From: Stegostoma tigrinum
Lineage: Eukaryota
Length of the DNA stretch: 64,000 bases
Assembly (NCBI RefSeq): GCF_030684315.1
Contig: NC_081358.1
Span: forward strand, 12,012,142-12,076,141
Direction of reading: 5' to 3'
Positions 37,952 to 50,893 of the stretch are shown in pieces. Position 1 is the first letter of the stretch. Each line of letters begins with the position of its first letter. Position numbers and translations under genes: made by a program. The notes below the pieces were generated by a model that did no database searches, was not told the origin of the DNA, and saw nothing but the letters and a program-made list of their open reading frames with translations.

Positions 37952-39653
37952 GACATTTATAATTTGTTGACTTAGAAGGCCTGGATACAACAACAAGATA
38001 TACAATGAAATACTTTTGAGTAAAAGTACAGACAACATTTTAAAGCTTCAATTTATTGATTTCATGCACAGGCACCCAAGATTTTATTTTAAAAAAAAAC
38101 AACGCAGGCAACTTCAGACATTGCATGCAGGAATTTGCAAAGAGAGACCCCTGTTAGTTTTCCTCAGCTTTGCTTGTACTGTCAAAATTAATTTTGACAA
38201 GGGACAAATAAGGGAGGAAAAGGAGGAGAAAGAGAAAGGAAAATTTATAAAATATAGGACATCAGCATTGAAATAAACTCCTACGCCAAAAAGACTAAAA
38301 GAATATTTTTCATGTTCATGACAAATGTAAATCAAAATGAAAAATACTTCCACTCTCCCACCAAAAGCAGTCTGTGCTTTTTTTCCATTTACAGAAAATG
38401 AAAATGTTTGTTAAATGAAACTTATTGTGTCCTCACTAACAAAGTCAGAAAGAGGAGTATATTTTCTAAAAATGTTGAATCATTCAGAACAGAAAAGCCA
38501 AACCAAACTCACTTGTTAGGCTAATACCATTTGTCAGTAGCTTCTAGGCTTTTGGAACTTATGAATAAAGTTTTAGTTACAACTCACTGCTGGACTATTT
38601 TAGGATTTAATTCAGGTTCAGCCCAGATCTTGCTGAAGAATAGGATGATCTCCATTGCTGAAAAATACAAACAATTTGCAAATCAAGACACATGGATATC
38701 CTGACACAGCTGACTCTGTGAATTTCCCAGGAAGTTGAAACTTCTGACAGCCAATTACCCAGCATTTGGAAGCCTACAGAAAAGTTCCCTCCTTGACCAG
38801 TTACCTTCCAGCCCTCTAGCCATCCAATGATACCTGACACACCCACATCCCCAGCTCTCTCCCACTTCTACCTGAAGAAAATTAATGCCATACCCCCCTA
38901 TGACCTGACCCCAACTCTATCGCCCCACCTTGGACCTGCCCCAGCAGCTCCACCACACTCTCCCATGTTCCAAACTAAATGCCACTCTCTTCCCCAACCT
39001 ACCCATTCTTCATTTACTTACTTCCTGCCTTACCCATCCTACTGGCCTCCCTGCCTTACCCATATACCTGGTCCACTGATCTGCCACTCTACCGCCTTAC
39101 CTCACCCACCTTGCCTCATCCAACTTCTGGAAATCATTAACGACATTGAACACAGATTTTTAATTAGTAACAGGTTAAAGGGTTGGGAAGAGCAAAGTGG
39201 AGTTGGGAGGCTGAGATGAGATCAGCCATGATGCGGAGCAGACTCAAGGAGCTAAAGTATTGACTCCTGATCCCAGGACTTGTGACTGACAATTCTCGGG
39301 GGTCACTGAGGGGCAGAAATCCCATTTGAATGGAGTAAGCTCATAAACATATGAATTTGGAGCAGAAATCAGCCACTCAGTCCCCAATCATGACTGCTGT
39401 GTCTGTGTTTCAAACTTCATGCAGGAGAAGCCAAATATTACTTCCCAAAGTTGTTCAACCCTCTAAAAAAGTTTTCTCTTCGTCTGTCTTGAAAGGATGA
39501 CACCCAATTTTCAAACAGGGACCCCTATTTCTGGATTCACCCCCAAGAGAAAATATCATTCTCCACCCCACCCCAACCTTGTCAAGACCATTTAGGATCT
39601 TATACACATCTCACTGTTCTATAGCAAAACAGAAGCATACTCAGTCTGTCCAT

Positions 39654-39866
39654 GAGGGATAATGGGAACTGCAGATGCTGGAGAATCCGAGATAACAAAG
39701 TGTCAAGCTGGATGAACACAGCAGGCCAAGCAGCATCTCAGGAGCACAAAAGCTTATGTTTGGGGCCTAGACCCTTCATCAGAGGGTCTAGGCCCGAAAG
39801 GTCAGCTTTTGTGCTCCTGAGATGCTGCTTGGCTTGCTGTGTTCATCCAGCTCCACACTTTGTTAT
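39654..39866. mobile_element. Palindromic PLE-terminus element
   Basis: Inverted arms plus left tail; TSD ctcagtctgtccat at 39640-39653 and 39867-39880. Confidence 0.9.
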
Positions 39867-41059
39867 CTCAGTCTGTCCATCCTCTGTTATTGCTGCAGCG
39901 TGTGCTTCTTTCTGGTGGGTAGCTGCTGGCTGGCTTTCCTAAAATCAAACTCTTTGAAGCTTCTACCAGCCTATCAGAACAAAATAGGATTTCACTGTGG
40001 TTTTGTGCTTGTTTCCAAACTTTATAGCCGTATAAAAGGATTGCAACATTATCTTCAGCTTGGGTTTTTTTTGTCCAATAGATTGAGTTTGAATGCAGGG
40101 TTTCCTTAAATTGCTCAATGCTTTTCCAGTTATACTGAAATTACTTTCATTGCCACTGTATGGCTGCTGAGAACTGCATGTTAGAAATATAGGTGAACAG
40201 CAACAGGGGATATATGGGAGAATGAGGTGACACAGGCGAAGAGAAAGAGATTGGTGAAGTTTCTGATGAGTTTAAACAATGCTGTACTGGAGTATTTCCA
40301 AGTCCGGATTGACTTTTTTTTTAAAGACCACCATCAATTCACTCATGTCACTAATTACTGACTCTAGATTGAAAATCAAGCATTTAATTTGCTCTGCATG
40401 TGGAATATACTTGATGGTTACAGAACATCACAACAATACAGACACTTTCACAAACAGGTCATCAACTCAGAATGGTAATTCTGAATCTCTCTTTGCAGAT
40501 GTTGCCTGACCGCCTGAACACTTCCAGCTTTGTAATCTGCTAGAAAAGTCATTCCGAGTTGAATGTTATGTTTTTTGGTAAGTCTGAGCTGTGTTTAGTT
40601 TTCAAAGGGTTTTTCACCATGAGGCCTAGCAGATTTCCTCGCCCTATCTGATCAAACTTGTGCATTAAAATTGCCTGTTCCCACCCGACAGTGTCTCTCA
40701 CATCCAATTTCTGCCCCATGTTACCACAACTCAACTACTCTGCCAATATCTAGCCAAAGACTGAAATCTTCTGTGCCATCTTGAAAATACCACAGCCCAC
40801 TTGGCCAACTCTGAGGCTGCCCTTCTCATTTGTAGACATGTCTGCAAGATGTCGGAAAAGGAGAAGGTGGCAATGCGATCTACCAACACTAAGCTGGAGA
40901 TCCTGGTGGGAACTGAGAGAGGAGGCCAGGCCACCAGGCCCTGCAAACCTGCTCTGAGCTTGCCACCTGGGTCAGTGCCATCTCCAGGATGAACAGAACA
41001 ACAGACAGCATGTTCCACGGAAGGTCAATGATCCTCTGCGCTCAGCCAGGGTTAGTGTC

Positions 41060-41385
41060 ACTGGCTAGGCTAATTTATTGCCAATCCCTAATTACCAGAG
41101 AGCCGATCAGAATCAGCCACATTGCTGTGGGTCTGGAGTCACGTGTTGGCCAGACCAGGTAAGGACAGCAGTTTCCTTTCCGTAAGGACAGTAGTGAACC
41201 AGATGGACTTTTCTCAACAATGGGCAACGGATTCACGGTCATCACTAGATTCTTAATTCTAGATATTTTGTTGAATTCCAGTTCCACCATCTGCCATGGC
41301 AGGATTCAAACCCAGGTCCCCAGGATGTTATCTGGGTCTCTGGATTAATAGTCCAGCGACAAAAGCACTAGGCCATCGTCTCCAT
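41060..41385 (-). mobile_element. Second tRNA-derived SINE family (older copy at about 8305-8660)
   Basis: Minus head ggagacgatggcctagtg (A box) and gggtttgaatcc (B box); body ccacattgctgtgggtctggagtcac..gccagacc is shared with 8403-8450. Confidence 0.75.
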
Positions 41386-41399
41386 CTGAGGTCTGTTTC

Positions 41400-42365
41400 A
41401 CAGAATCATAGAGATCTACAGCATGGAACCAACCCTTTGGCCCAACATGCTCATGCAAGGCAGTTTTCACAATTAATCTAGCCCCATTTGCCTGTGTTTG
41501 GCCTATATCCCTCCATCATATCCCATCCATGTACCTGTCCAAATGTTACTTAAATGACAAAACTGTATTTACTTCCACAGCTACCTTTGGCAGCCCACTC
41601 CAAGCACTCATCGCATTCTGCGTGAAAAGAACTGCCCCCCTGGATCCTTTTGTATCTCTCCCCTCTCATCTTAAACCTATGCCCTCTAGTTTTAGACTCC
41701 CCTACCCTTTGGAAAAGCTGTTTGCTATTTACCTTATCAATGCCTCTCTGGATGTTATTAGCTTCTATACGGTGACCCGTCAGTCTCCTATGATCCAGGG
41801 ATATAAGTTACATCCTATCCAACTTCTGTTTGTAACTCAAATCTTCCAGTCCAGGTAGAATCCTAGTTCATTTTTCCTGTGCTCTTTCTAGTTTAATATC
41901 CTTTCTATAGTAGGGCAAACAGAATTTTATGCAGTAGTCCAAATGTGGCCTCACCAAAATCTTGTACATCTGCAACAAAATGTCAAACTATTATATTCAA
42001 TGCCCTGACCGATGAAAGCGAGCATTCTGAAAGTCTTCTTCACTACCCTGTCTAATTGTGACTCCAATTTCATGCAGATATGAAACTGTACACCTAGGTC
42101 TCTTGAACACATCCCAGAGCCCTACCATTGACTGTCTAAGTCCTGCCCTGGTTTGACCCACCAAAATGCACCACCTTGCATTTACCTAAATTGAACTCCA
42201 TCTGCCATTCCTTAGCCCACTGGCCCAATTGATCAAGATCCCACTGCATTCCCAGATAACGTTCTTCACTGTCCACTATACCACCAATCTTGGTGTCACC
42301 TACAAACTTATTAACCATACCTCCTAAATTCTCATTCAAATCATTTATATAAATGACAAAATAAT
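41400..42365 (-). mobile_element. CR1 LINE 3' fragment
   Basis: FVIYINDLNENLGGMVNKFVGDTKIGG..QWAKEWQMEFNLGKCKVVHFG on minus, continuing to the 3' UTR near 41400. Confidence 0.88.
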
Positions 42366-43342
42366 GCATCCACGGATTTTACTGGTGACACACCCCCACC
42401 GATAGCGTTTGCCAGTTTGCTACACATACAGTGTTTGTGCTGCATGAAGTTCTGGTACACTGTACAGCTGTGAGATTCATGTAGCACACACTGCCATACA
42501 GCAATATGTCCACCTTCCACCACTGCCTCCCAGGCTGAGGGCTTCTGACCAGCAATGCAAGCAGCCTGGTTGTGTGAGAGCGTTAACTGGCACAGCTACT
42601 AAGACAAAGCAAGGAGGACATGCTGTGAATAAGCATGTTGGTGCTAAGTGAGTGAACTCTAACAGAGCAAGCAAGCAGCCCAGTGGTCTGTGAAGAGGGT
42701 GCCAGACCTGTGTGCACAAAATGTACCTGCTGCAGCCGTTACAACATTTGGTGTCAGTGTGCCATCCAATGCTGCAAGACTGCATGGCCAGCATCTCAAA
42801 CAACTGTAAAGACAACAATGTCTTTGGAGGAGGAGGGAGTAAAGCTCTTGTACCTTACCCAGGGCTGCAGTTTGATCACAGTCACCACGGAAATCATCCA
42901 GAGCAAGTGGTGCACTGAACCCACCAGCTGCTTGCTCTGGTTTCCATGTTGAGTTTTCCCCCATGTCTAGCTTGTTTGGCTCGTTCACTGAAATGGGATT
43001 CTGAATATTAATGCGGTGTTAACAAGACATTTAACAAGCAGTAATCCCTGTCAACTGGCATCTCGCCACAGCACAGTGAGAATCCTGTCAGGCTGCTTGT
43101 GAAAAATGTAAAACATGGCACAGGATGGTTTTGAATTCTTGCTGTTTCTGAAGCGCCTCTCACCATAGCCCATGTTGCTCAGACCCCTAACAGATTCTAT
43201 CCTCAATTGGCATCTTCCAAATCCATCAGGATACGATATTTCAAAGTTGAGAAGATTGAGAGTGCTGCCATTGATAAAGCAGTATCAATTATTATGAGGC
43301 AATAAGAGGTCGAAAGGTCCATCTGAAATGGGATCTACCTAC

Positions 43343-43466
43343 TTATCGTATATCCTTTGACCCCTCGTGAAAACCTTCACTTCACTATCCAATGGAAAAG
43401 TGCCATCATCTTTTCTGAAGCGGTAGAAGAGTTTGGCATCCTTAAATTCCTTATGTTCATCACAAA
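43343..43466 (-). CDS. DEPTOR: DEPTOR coding exon 3 (end of DEP1; absent from the ORF track)
   Basis: (V)CDEHKEFKDAKLFYRFRKDDGTFPLDSEVKVFTRGQRIYD(K); poly-T tract plus TAG acceptor, GTAGG donor; 124 nt, phase 1 to 2. Confidence 0.97.
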
Positions 43467-44147
43467 CTAAAAAAAAATACAGAAAGTTTCAGGTTTAATA
43501 CATTTTGGAGCACAGGTCGGAACCATTTCATTAGAGAACATGGGGCTGGAGTTTTCAAGGAGTGGCAGTCACACACAGCTATCCTCTCTGCTCCTTTTTA
43601 TTAAGCAACAACAGAGCTCTACATTCCTGACAGGAGATTCCAACTGGGACTCCTTCAAAACGTAGAACCATACTTCCATTCCTACACCTCCCTTGCAGTG
43701 TTGGACTTTTGGGAGAGGACAATGATGCTCCATTTATTACAGAACTCAGTCGCTCTGTGCTAAAATCTAAAAATGGCCTAGGTCAAGTGATGGTAGTTGG
43801 AACTGGGGCATAGATGGCTGGAGGAGTTGGGGGAAGCTCAGGTCTCATTGTGGGCTAATGTCAGCAGAGGGGCATGGTTAAGCATCTGTGGGAGCGTAGT
43901 TTGAGATATGTTTGCAAAGTCAGGATTGTTACTCAGAGTTAGACTATATATTTAAAAATCTTACATTCCCCGAGTAACTATTGACTTAATTTCCTCAGAA
44001 CCCTCCGATGTCTGATTTAAATGGATACTTTCAGAACGTTTCAGGCACAGCCGAACACAAGGTTCTTCAATCATCAATGTCCCCAGAAATTCCTTTGACA
44101 TCTGCTATGATGGGGATTCCACAGAGTCCCCACGCAAAAAATTTAAA

Positions 44148-44459
44148 ATAGATTAGATTCCCTACAGCGTGGAAACAGGCCCTTTGGGCCATCAAGTCCA
44201 CACTGCCCCTTGAAGCATCCCACCCAGACCCATCCCCCTATAACCCACAAACCCCTGAACACTATGGGCAATTTAGCATGGCCGATCCACCTAGCCTGCA
44301 CATCTTTGGACTGTGGGAGGAAACCGGAGCACCCAGAGGAAACTCACGCTGACACGGGGAGAATGTGCAAACTCCGCACAGACAGTTACCCGAGGCTGGA
44401 ATCGAACCTGGGTCCCTGGCGCTGTGAGGCTGCAGTGCTAACCACTAAGCTACCATGCC
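44148..44459 (-). mobile_element. tRNA-derived HE1/V-SINE
   Basis: Same head, B box ggttcgattcc, V-domain and tail as 12696-13023. Confidence 0.92.
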
Positions 44460-44659
44460 TCCCCAAAGAAAGTGGCCATCAGAAAGTCCAGGCCATTATG
44501 CCTGGGATGCTTCAGCAATGATTTATTATATGTAACACAATTTTACACCAGCAGCAATCTACAGGAGATTCTGATCAACTCTGTACTTTATCCCATCAAT
44601 CCTGCTTTCAAATTAACCATAGCCCGATCACAGCTGTTACCAGCAGAAACAATATGAGC

Positions 44660-44811
44660 AAATTACTGCTGATGCTGGAATCGAAACGAAAAGCGAAAAA
44701 ATGTTGGAGATCACAGCAGATCAGGCAGCAAGCATGGAGAGAAACATTAGCTTGCTTTCTGTCCATAGATGTTGCCTGGCCCGCTGTGATTTCCAGCATT
44801 TTTTGTTTTCC
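44660..44811. mobile_element. Older palindromic element of another related PLE family
   Basis: Tail actgctgatgctggaatc; arm aatgttggagatcacagcagatcaggcagca mirrored by tgttgcctggcccgctgtgatttccagcatt; degenerate TSD aaacaatatgagc / aaacaataagaagc. Confidence 0.65.
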
Positions 44812-45950
44812 AAAACAATAAGAAGCTCAGGAAATGGTTTATAGATTGGTTAACGAAGAAAACAATACAGAGGCAGTGGTTTATTTTGTCCACATTGTAA
44901 TGTTGAATTCCTAATAGTTTAAATGTGTGACAGGGTAATAAAAAGTGTACACGAATAACACCACATTTAACAAATTAAAGGAAATCAGATGCTTTTGTCA
45001 CTGTACATGCAACTCACATCTTTACAAAATTCATTTCAAGCAAACAAAGTTTGTTTGGAGGTAAGAGAAGTATGTATTGAGAGAGACATGTACTTCCTTT
45101 GACAATGTGAACAGTTACGTCTTTTGCATCACTCACATAGTTCTACTAACTCTGTTTGACTAACCACCACCTTTAGAGTAACTTAATTATATATTGCATG
45201 TACAGCAAAGATAATGAAGAGGCAAACTTGACAGCAATCTAAATATACCCACCCTTTATTAAATCCCACGCTGAGCAATGTGTGAAAAGGGCTCTTCAGG
45301 AGATTTCCTGAACCGTAATACAAATGTTGGCTGTGTCTGGGACAGCACAGTGTAAAACTGAATACAGCAAATGGAACTCTTTTTTTGCCTAAAACCAGGA
45401 GCGGGTGGAGCAGGAAGTAATCAGTTTGTCACATTGCTCAAGTGATGCATTTGAGATGCAGCAACGTCAACAGCGAAAAGATACATGCGGACTTCAGTAT
45501 TCATTTTAAACACACACTTTATTTGACTTCCCGCAAACTGTAAAACTGTATTGTAAACATTCGAATATTTTCATGTTGGAGCAATGTGTGATAACACATC
45601 AGCGCCCTGACAGACTGTACCAGGTATGACATGGGTTCAGTCTGACTTTGCACACTTCACAAATATGTAACGTGAAGTCATATTGTTTAACTTCAGTGTA
45701 AATCTTGCTGCACCATCCACTTATTAGCACATCTGGATCAAGATTATTTACATCAGAATATTAGCTGTTTGGAACAGCAAAGATTTTGGGACAGAAGGAG
45801 GAAGGCTATGGAAAAAGGTAGCGTGAAGTAAAATTGGGTTTTCTCATAATCACATTCGCCAAATTTACATGTGACTTTTTACCATAGGAAGCACAGCCAT
45901 TGACATTTTAAAAAAATCTTTTGAACTGATTGATAGTCGTGCAAACATAC

Positions 45951-46129
45951 CATGATGGATGACACTATGGTCCAATAGTTTCTGCACCAACTTGATTGCC
46001 ATGTTCCTGTCAGCAGCATCTTTGTGATCCAGCAGCCAATCAATTAATTCTTTCGCCACAAAACAATTTGGATAGGTTCTAAGGTGATATCGCCGATCTT
46101 TGATAACCTTTTCTTCATGAAGCCTGAGC
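45951..46129 (-). CDS. DEPTOR: DEPTOR coding exon 2 (first DEP domain, N-terminal part)
   Basis: Translates (R)LRLHEEKVIKDRRYHLRTYPNCFVAKELIDWLLDHKDAADRNMAIKLVQKLLDHSVIHH(V), recognisably vertebrate DEPTOR; acceptor tttcAG at 46130-46131, donor GTATGT below 45951; 179 nt, phase 2 to 1. Confidence 0.97.
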
Positions 46130-46229
46130 CTGAAAGTAGACATACAATAATTTATCAGCAGTGACCGAAGGTTTCTAAGCGAATGAAATTCAAGAGACTG
46201 TTGATTCAAAACACCCAGTGATTCATCCT

Positions 46230-46404
46230 AGATAACAAGGTGCAGAGCTGGATGAACACAGCAGGCCAAGCAGCATCAGAGGAGCAGGAAGGCTGACATT
46301 TCGGGCCTAGACCCTTCTTCTGAGCTTTCCTGCTCCTCTGATGCTGCTTGGCCAGCTCCGCACCTTGTTATCTCAGATTCTCCAGCATCTGCAGTTCCTA
46401 CTAT
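46230..46404. mobile_element. Palindromic PLE-terminus element 100 nt upstream of the exon 2 acceptor
   Basis: Inverted arms (right arm internally deleted) plus right tail; TSD cagtgattcatcct at 46216-46229 and 46405-46418. Confidence 0.9.
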
Positions 46405-47069
46405 CAGTGATTCATCCTTACCAGCATAATGTGAAATTCAGAATTCAGTAAAGGGTTGAATAGGTACAATTTAGAAAGCTACAGAAACTGTAATGAGGAG
46501 TGGATATTCCAAATACAGAAACACCAAGTACCAGAAACCAGATAAACTGAAACAACAGGGGGGAAATGTACAAGATGATGAGATTGGAAAAGAATTGATT
46601 CAAGGCGACAATGCAGTTCAGACAGACATAGCTCAGTGAAGTCAGCAATGCAGTAATTAATCGGGGGTGGATATATAAAGGCAGGTCAAGAGCAAAATCC
46701 CCGATAGGTGTCAACAACAAGGCTATGGGCCTAAGTGCTGGGAAATGGGTTTAAAACAGTTAGCTGGTTGTATTTGACTGGTGCGGACTCAATGAGCCAA
46801 CTAACTTTTTTCTGTGCTGTAGACCACTTTTAACTCAAGGAATTGTGACATGTCTGCATGCTAAGTCCTACTTGATCACTACATTACAGCAAGATTTTGC
46901 AAGTTAATACAAAGCTGAAGAAACCTTATCTGTGATGAAAGGTTAAAGATCTGAGGATTGGTTGCTCTAGAGAATAGATACTCAGCGGAAATATTGCACA
47001 GAAAACTTCAATGAACTGTGAAATATTGGAGAGTGCCAAAATCTAGAAACATGGAGTAACAGGAATACA

Positions 47070-47780
47070 GAGGACTGGGCTAATGGTAAGATTCTTGGTA
47101 GTGTGGGCGAGCAGAGGGATCTCGGTGTCCACATGCATAGATCCCTGAAAGGTGCCACCCAGGTTTATAGAGTTATTAAGGTGTACAGTGTGTTAGGTTT
47201 TATTGGCAGAGAGATTGAGTTTTGGAGCCATGAGGTCATGTTGCAGCTGTACAAAAGTCTGGTGCGGCCGCACTTCGGAGTATTGCGTACAGTTCTGGTC
47301 GCCACATTATAGGAAGGATGTGGAAGCATTGGAAAAGGTGCAAAGGAGATTCACCAGGATCTTGCCTGGTCTGGAGAGAAGGTCTTACAAGGAAAGGCTG
47401 AGGGACTTGAGGCACTCGAGAGAAGAAGGTTAAGAGGCGACTTCATAGAGACATACAAGATGATCAGAGGATTAGATAGGGTGGACAGTGACAGCCTTTT
47501 TCCTTGGATAGTGATGGCTAGCTTGAGGAGACATAGCTTTAAATTGAGGGGTGATAGATATAAGACAGATGTCAAAAGTAGGTTCTTTACTCAGAGAGTA
47601 GTCAGAGCATGGAATGCCCTGCCTGCAACAGTAGTAGACTTTAAGGGCATTTAAATGATCATTGGATAAACATACGGATGATAATGGAACAGTGTGGGTT
47701 AGATGGGCTTCAGATTGGTTTCACAGGTCGGCGCAACATCGAGGGCCGAAGGGCCTGTACTGCGCTGTAATGTTCTATGT
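47070..47780 (+). mobile_element. CR1 LINE 3' fragment
   Basis: EQRDLGVHMHRSLK; EYCVQFWSPHYRKDVEALEKVQRRFTRILPG; FFTQRVVRAWNALP; tail tgttctatgtt. Confidence 0.92.
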
Positions 47781-48519
47781 TTGATGAAATGCAAGCTCAA
47801 ATTCAGAATGACAGAAGTCCATGGATTTAGCTTTGTCTCATTTGCAAGAAGGATTAGGAGACAAACAGATAGCAAAAGACAACTTGGGAGGCAACAAGAA
47901 ATTAGGAACGATTTACGGGAAAATGCGAGAGACATTTTAGGAGGCAGATGATTGCAGAAAAACAAAAACTAATAACTCAATTTGTTACACTGCAACAAAG
48001 CCAATTAACCATAATGCCGCATATACCTTGGACTGAAAGGTTATAATAACTTCTGAAGGAAGTCATCTTTACTTGAGGTAAAAAAATTTCCATCCCTTTC
48101 TCCTCCTCAGTTGAAATACTGTTTCACTGCTCTCCAGGCACAAAAAATGTACAAGGAGTCACAGGCTTGTAGATTAGGCAGTTCTATGGTAAATTATTTT
48201 TAAAGAAAGTGAATGGAAGAAATTCTGCTCAGCCACTGTTGTAACAGCAAAATTTTGAAAAGCCCAAATGTCATATATTCTGATACAAAATGGCACTTTT
48301 GAATCATTCAATACCCTTTTGTCTTACAGTCTGTAAAACCCAACCAGCCTCATTTTTCACTGCATAATGACATCTCCACAATGAATATATTATATTCACT
48401 TGTCGATGTAAGGAGTTCTTTATCCCATATTTTGTGAAGAACTACCAACAAAAATTCAAGTAGGAATTGAATGCCCTCTGATTTGAACATGAATAACTAA
48501 ATTACTACAACTTGGAATG

Positions 48520-49770
48520 AACATTAAGATCATGCCAGAACTTCTTTTTTTCTCCTAGTTCCCATCACGGTCACATTTTGACCAGGAGACCTAAACCCTG
48601 TTTATATGATCCTACTGCCACTAAATCGATAACCAATCAACAACTCCTCCTGGACTTTTATGTTAGTTAATATAGCCAGGTACTGCTCCTTTTCAAATGT
48701 GCAGTCACTCTGTCTTTCAAAAACTTATCTTTGAACCCTTTTCCACTTTCCATATTCCTCCCCACCTTTCACAACTCCATGTTTGAATTTCTCCAATCAG
48801 TGCCTGAAAAAGCCTTCAAAGTTAGAAATCACATTTCATTAGATTGTGACCATGCTACGTACCCTCCAGCTCGTCACCCATCAGTACTGGTCTGCGACTT
48901 TTGACTATTTGATGAAACCATCCTCCCCGAGTGTCTAGCCAATGGCTCTGCCCCTGTTTGTTCCCACTCTATTGTCCTGAGTCAGTGAGAGACTCTCTTA
49001 TGACTTCTCTCACGCAAACTACCCCAAAGCAATATTACTGGAAGACATCAGGTTCTGCAAGCGCACTGACAACAACAGATGTGACTTCATTGTCACCTCT
49101 TTTGACCTCAATGTTGTCTCTAATTTGTCTTACCAATTGTCCAACTTCCAACACAAGGACTTTCGCCAATTTATACTTTAGAAAGACTGAATCCTGCACC
49201 TTGGGTCCCAACAAAACGCCAACTTCCATCCATCCTGTGACTAAACCAGGCTGATAGAAATGACCATGTAGTGGCTGAAACCCGCTAGACTTTGTTGACC
49301 ACAAAGTCCTTGATTGGGGTTGTTAACCTCGACCAATCAGGAAAGCCCTGGCTGGCCAAAATAACCAGGAGATTAGAATCTCCTCAATTCAGGGGACTGA
49401 CTCTGAGCTGGGCTATAGCCAGTGTACAGTGCACAAGGATGACTTGGTGAAGGGATACTGGTCTCTGTGCAGTTATTTCAGATCCCAACTGATCTATTGA
49501 CATTTTATTTTCTCAATCACCACTGCCCACATAATTCCACTACGTAACATCACCATTGGACCCTTATCTCAGACCTCAACCATGAAACCCTCAGCCACGC
49601 CTTTGTTCCCTTTGTATTTGACTTTCCTACTGCTCCCTTCGCCAGTCTTACATGCTGCATTCTTAGAAAATGTTAGTTTATCAAAAAAAAGCTGCCATTT
49701 CTGAACCCAAACTCACTATTAGCCCTGAGCACTTAAAAGGAACAACACTGGCTACTCCAGTCTTCTGGGG
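48520..49770 (+). mobile_element. Old L2-like LINE remnant interrupted by a probable solo LTR
   Basis: gaaaccctcagccacgcctttgtt...ttgactttcc resembles the L2 motif ETLIHAFVxSRLDY; pyrimidine-rich decay. Confidence 0.45.
49236..49480 (+). mobile_element. Probable solo LTR
   Basis: 245 bp, starts TGTG and ends TTCA, flanked by catcc / gatcc, contains opposed CCAAT boxes; compositionally distinct from its host. Confidence 0.55.
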
Positions 49771-49811
49771 CCTTGCCGGTGGCTAAAGAGGTAACAAAAG
49801 TCTGAAGCAAT

Positions 49812-50893
49812 TAATGTGGTCTACATGGACTTCAGAAAGGCCTTTGTCAAGGTCCCATATGGAGTTCTGGTCCAAAAGGTAACAGCCTATGAGATCTCAA
49901 GCGCGTTGGCAAGCTTGCTCCAAAATTGGCCTGCAAACGGGAAGGAAAGGGTGATGGTGGAGGGCTTTTGTGATTGGAAGCCTGTGACCAATGGTGTACC
50001 ACAGGGATCAGTGCTGGGACCCTTGCCGTTTCTTATGTATGTTAATGACTTGGATGTGAATGCAAAACGTGAACATTAGTGCTGATGTTGATAGTGAGAA
50101 AGAGGGTTTCAGGCTACAGTCTGATTGATCAGCAGATCATTTGGGTGGAGCAGATGGAATTTAATCCTGATAAATTTGAGGTGATACATTTGGAATATCT
50201 CATAAAGGCTGGATTTACACAAGGAATGTAAGTCCCAAGTGAGTACTGAGAAACAGAGTACATAACATCCCTGAAGGTGGCCACACAGGTAGAGAGGGTG
50301 GTGAAGAATGCATCCAGGAACTGGCCCTCATTAACCAGGGTATAGAATAGAGGAGCAAGGAAGTCAGGTTACAACTTCATAAAACATTGGTTTGCCCACA
50401 GATGGAATACTGTGCGCTGTTCTGGTCACCACAGAAGGTTGTGATTGCACTGAAGATTCAGGATTTTGCCTGCAATGAAAAGTCTCAATTATGAGGAGGG
50501 ACTGGATAGGCTGCGTTCATTTTTCTTGGAGCATAGGAGGCTGAGGGAGGGGATCTGATTGAGGAATTCATAGTTATGAGAGATATAGGTAGGGTCGATA
50601 AATCTTTCCCCATGGCAGATCTGTCTAAGACCAGAGGGCATAAGCATAAGGTGAGGAGTAAATGGTTTAGAAGCAATCTGAGGGAAGAAGTTTTCACCCA
50701 GAGGGTGGTAGATACATGGAACGTGCTGCCTGAGAGGGTAGTGGGAGTAAGTACACACTCTTCAAATTCTGGAGCATAGTAGGCTATAGACAGGTACAGA
50801 TAAATGGTATTAGTGTAGTTTGGCGCTTGTTGGTCAGCACAGAAATGGTGGGCTAACGGGCCTGTTTCAATGCTATGTCACTGTGTGACTCTA
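49812..50893 (+). mobile_element. CR1 LINE fragment
   Basis: VYMDFRKAFVKVPYG..VTNGVPQGSVLGPLPFLMYVNDL; FTQRVVDTWNVLP. Confidence 0.9.
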
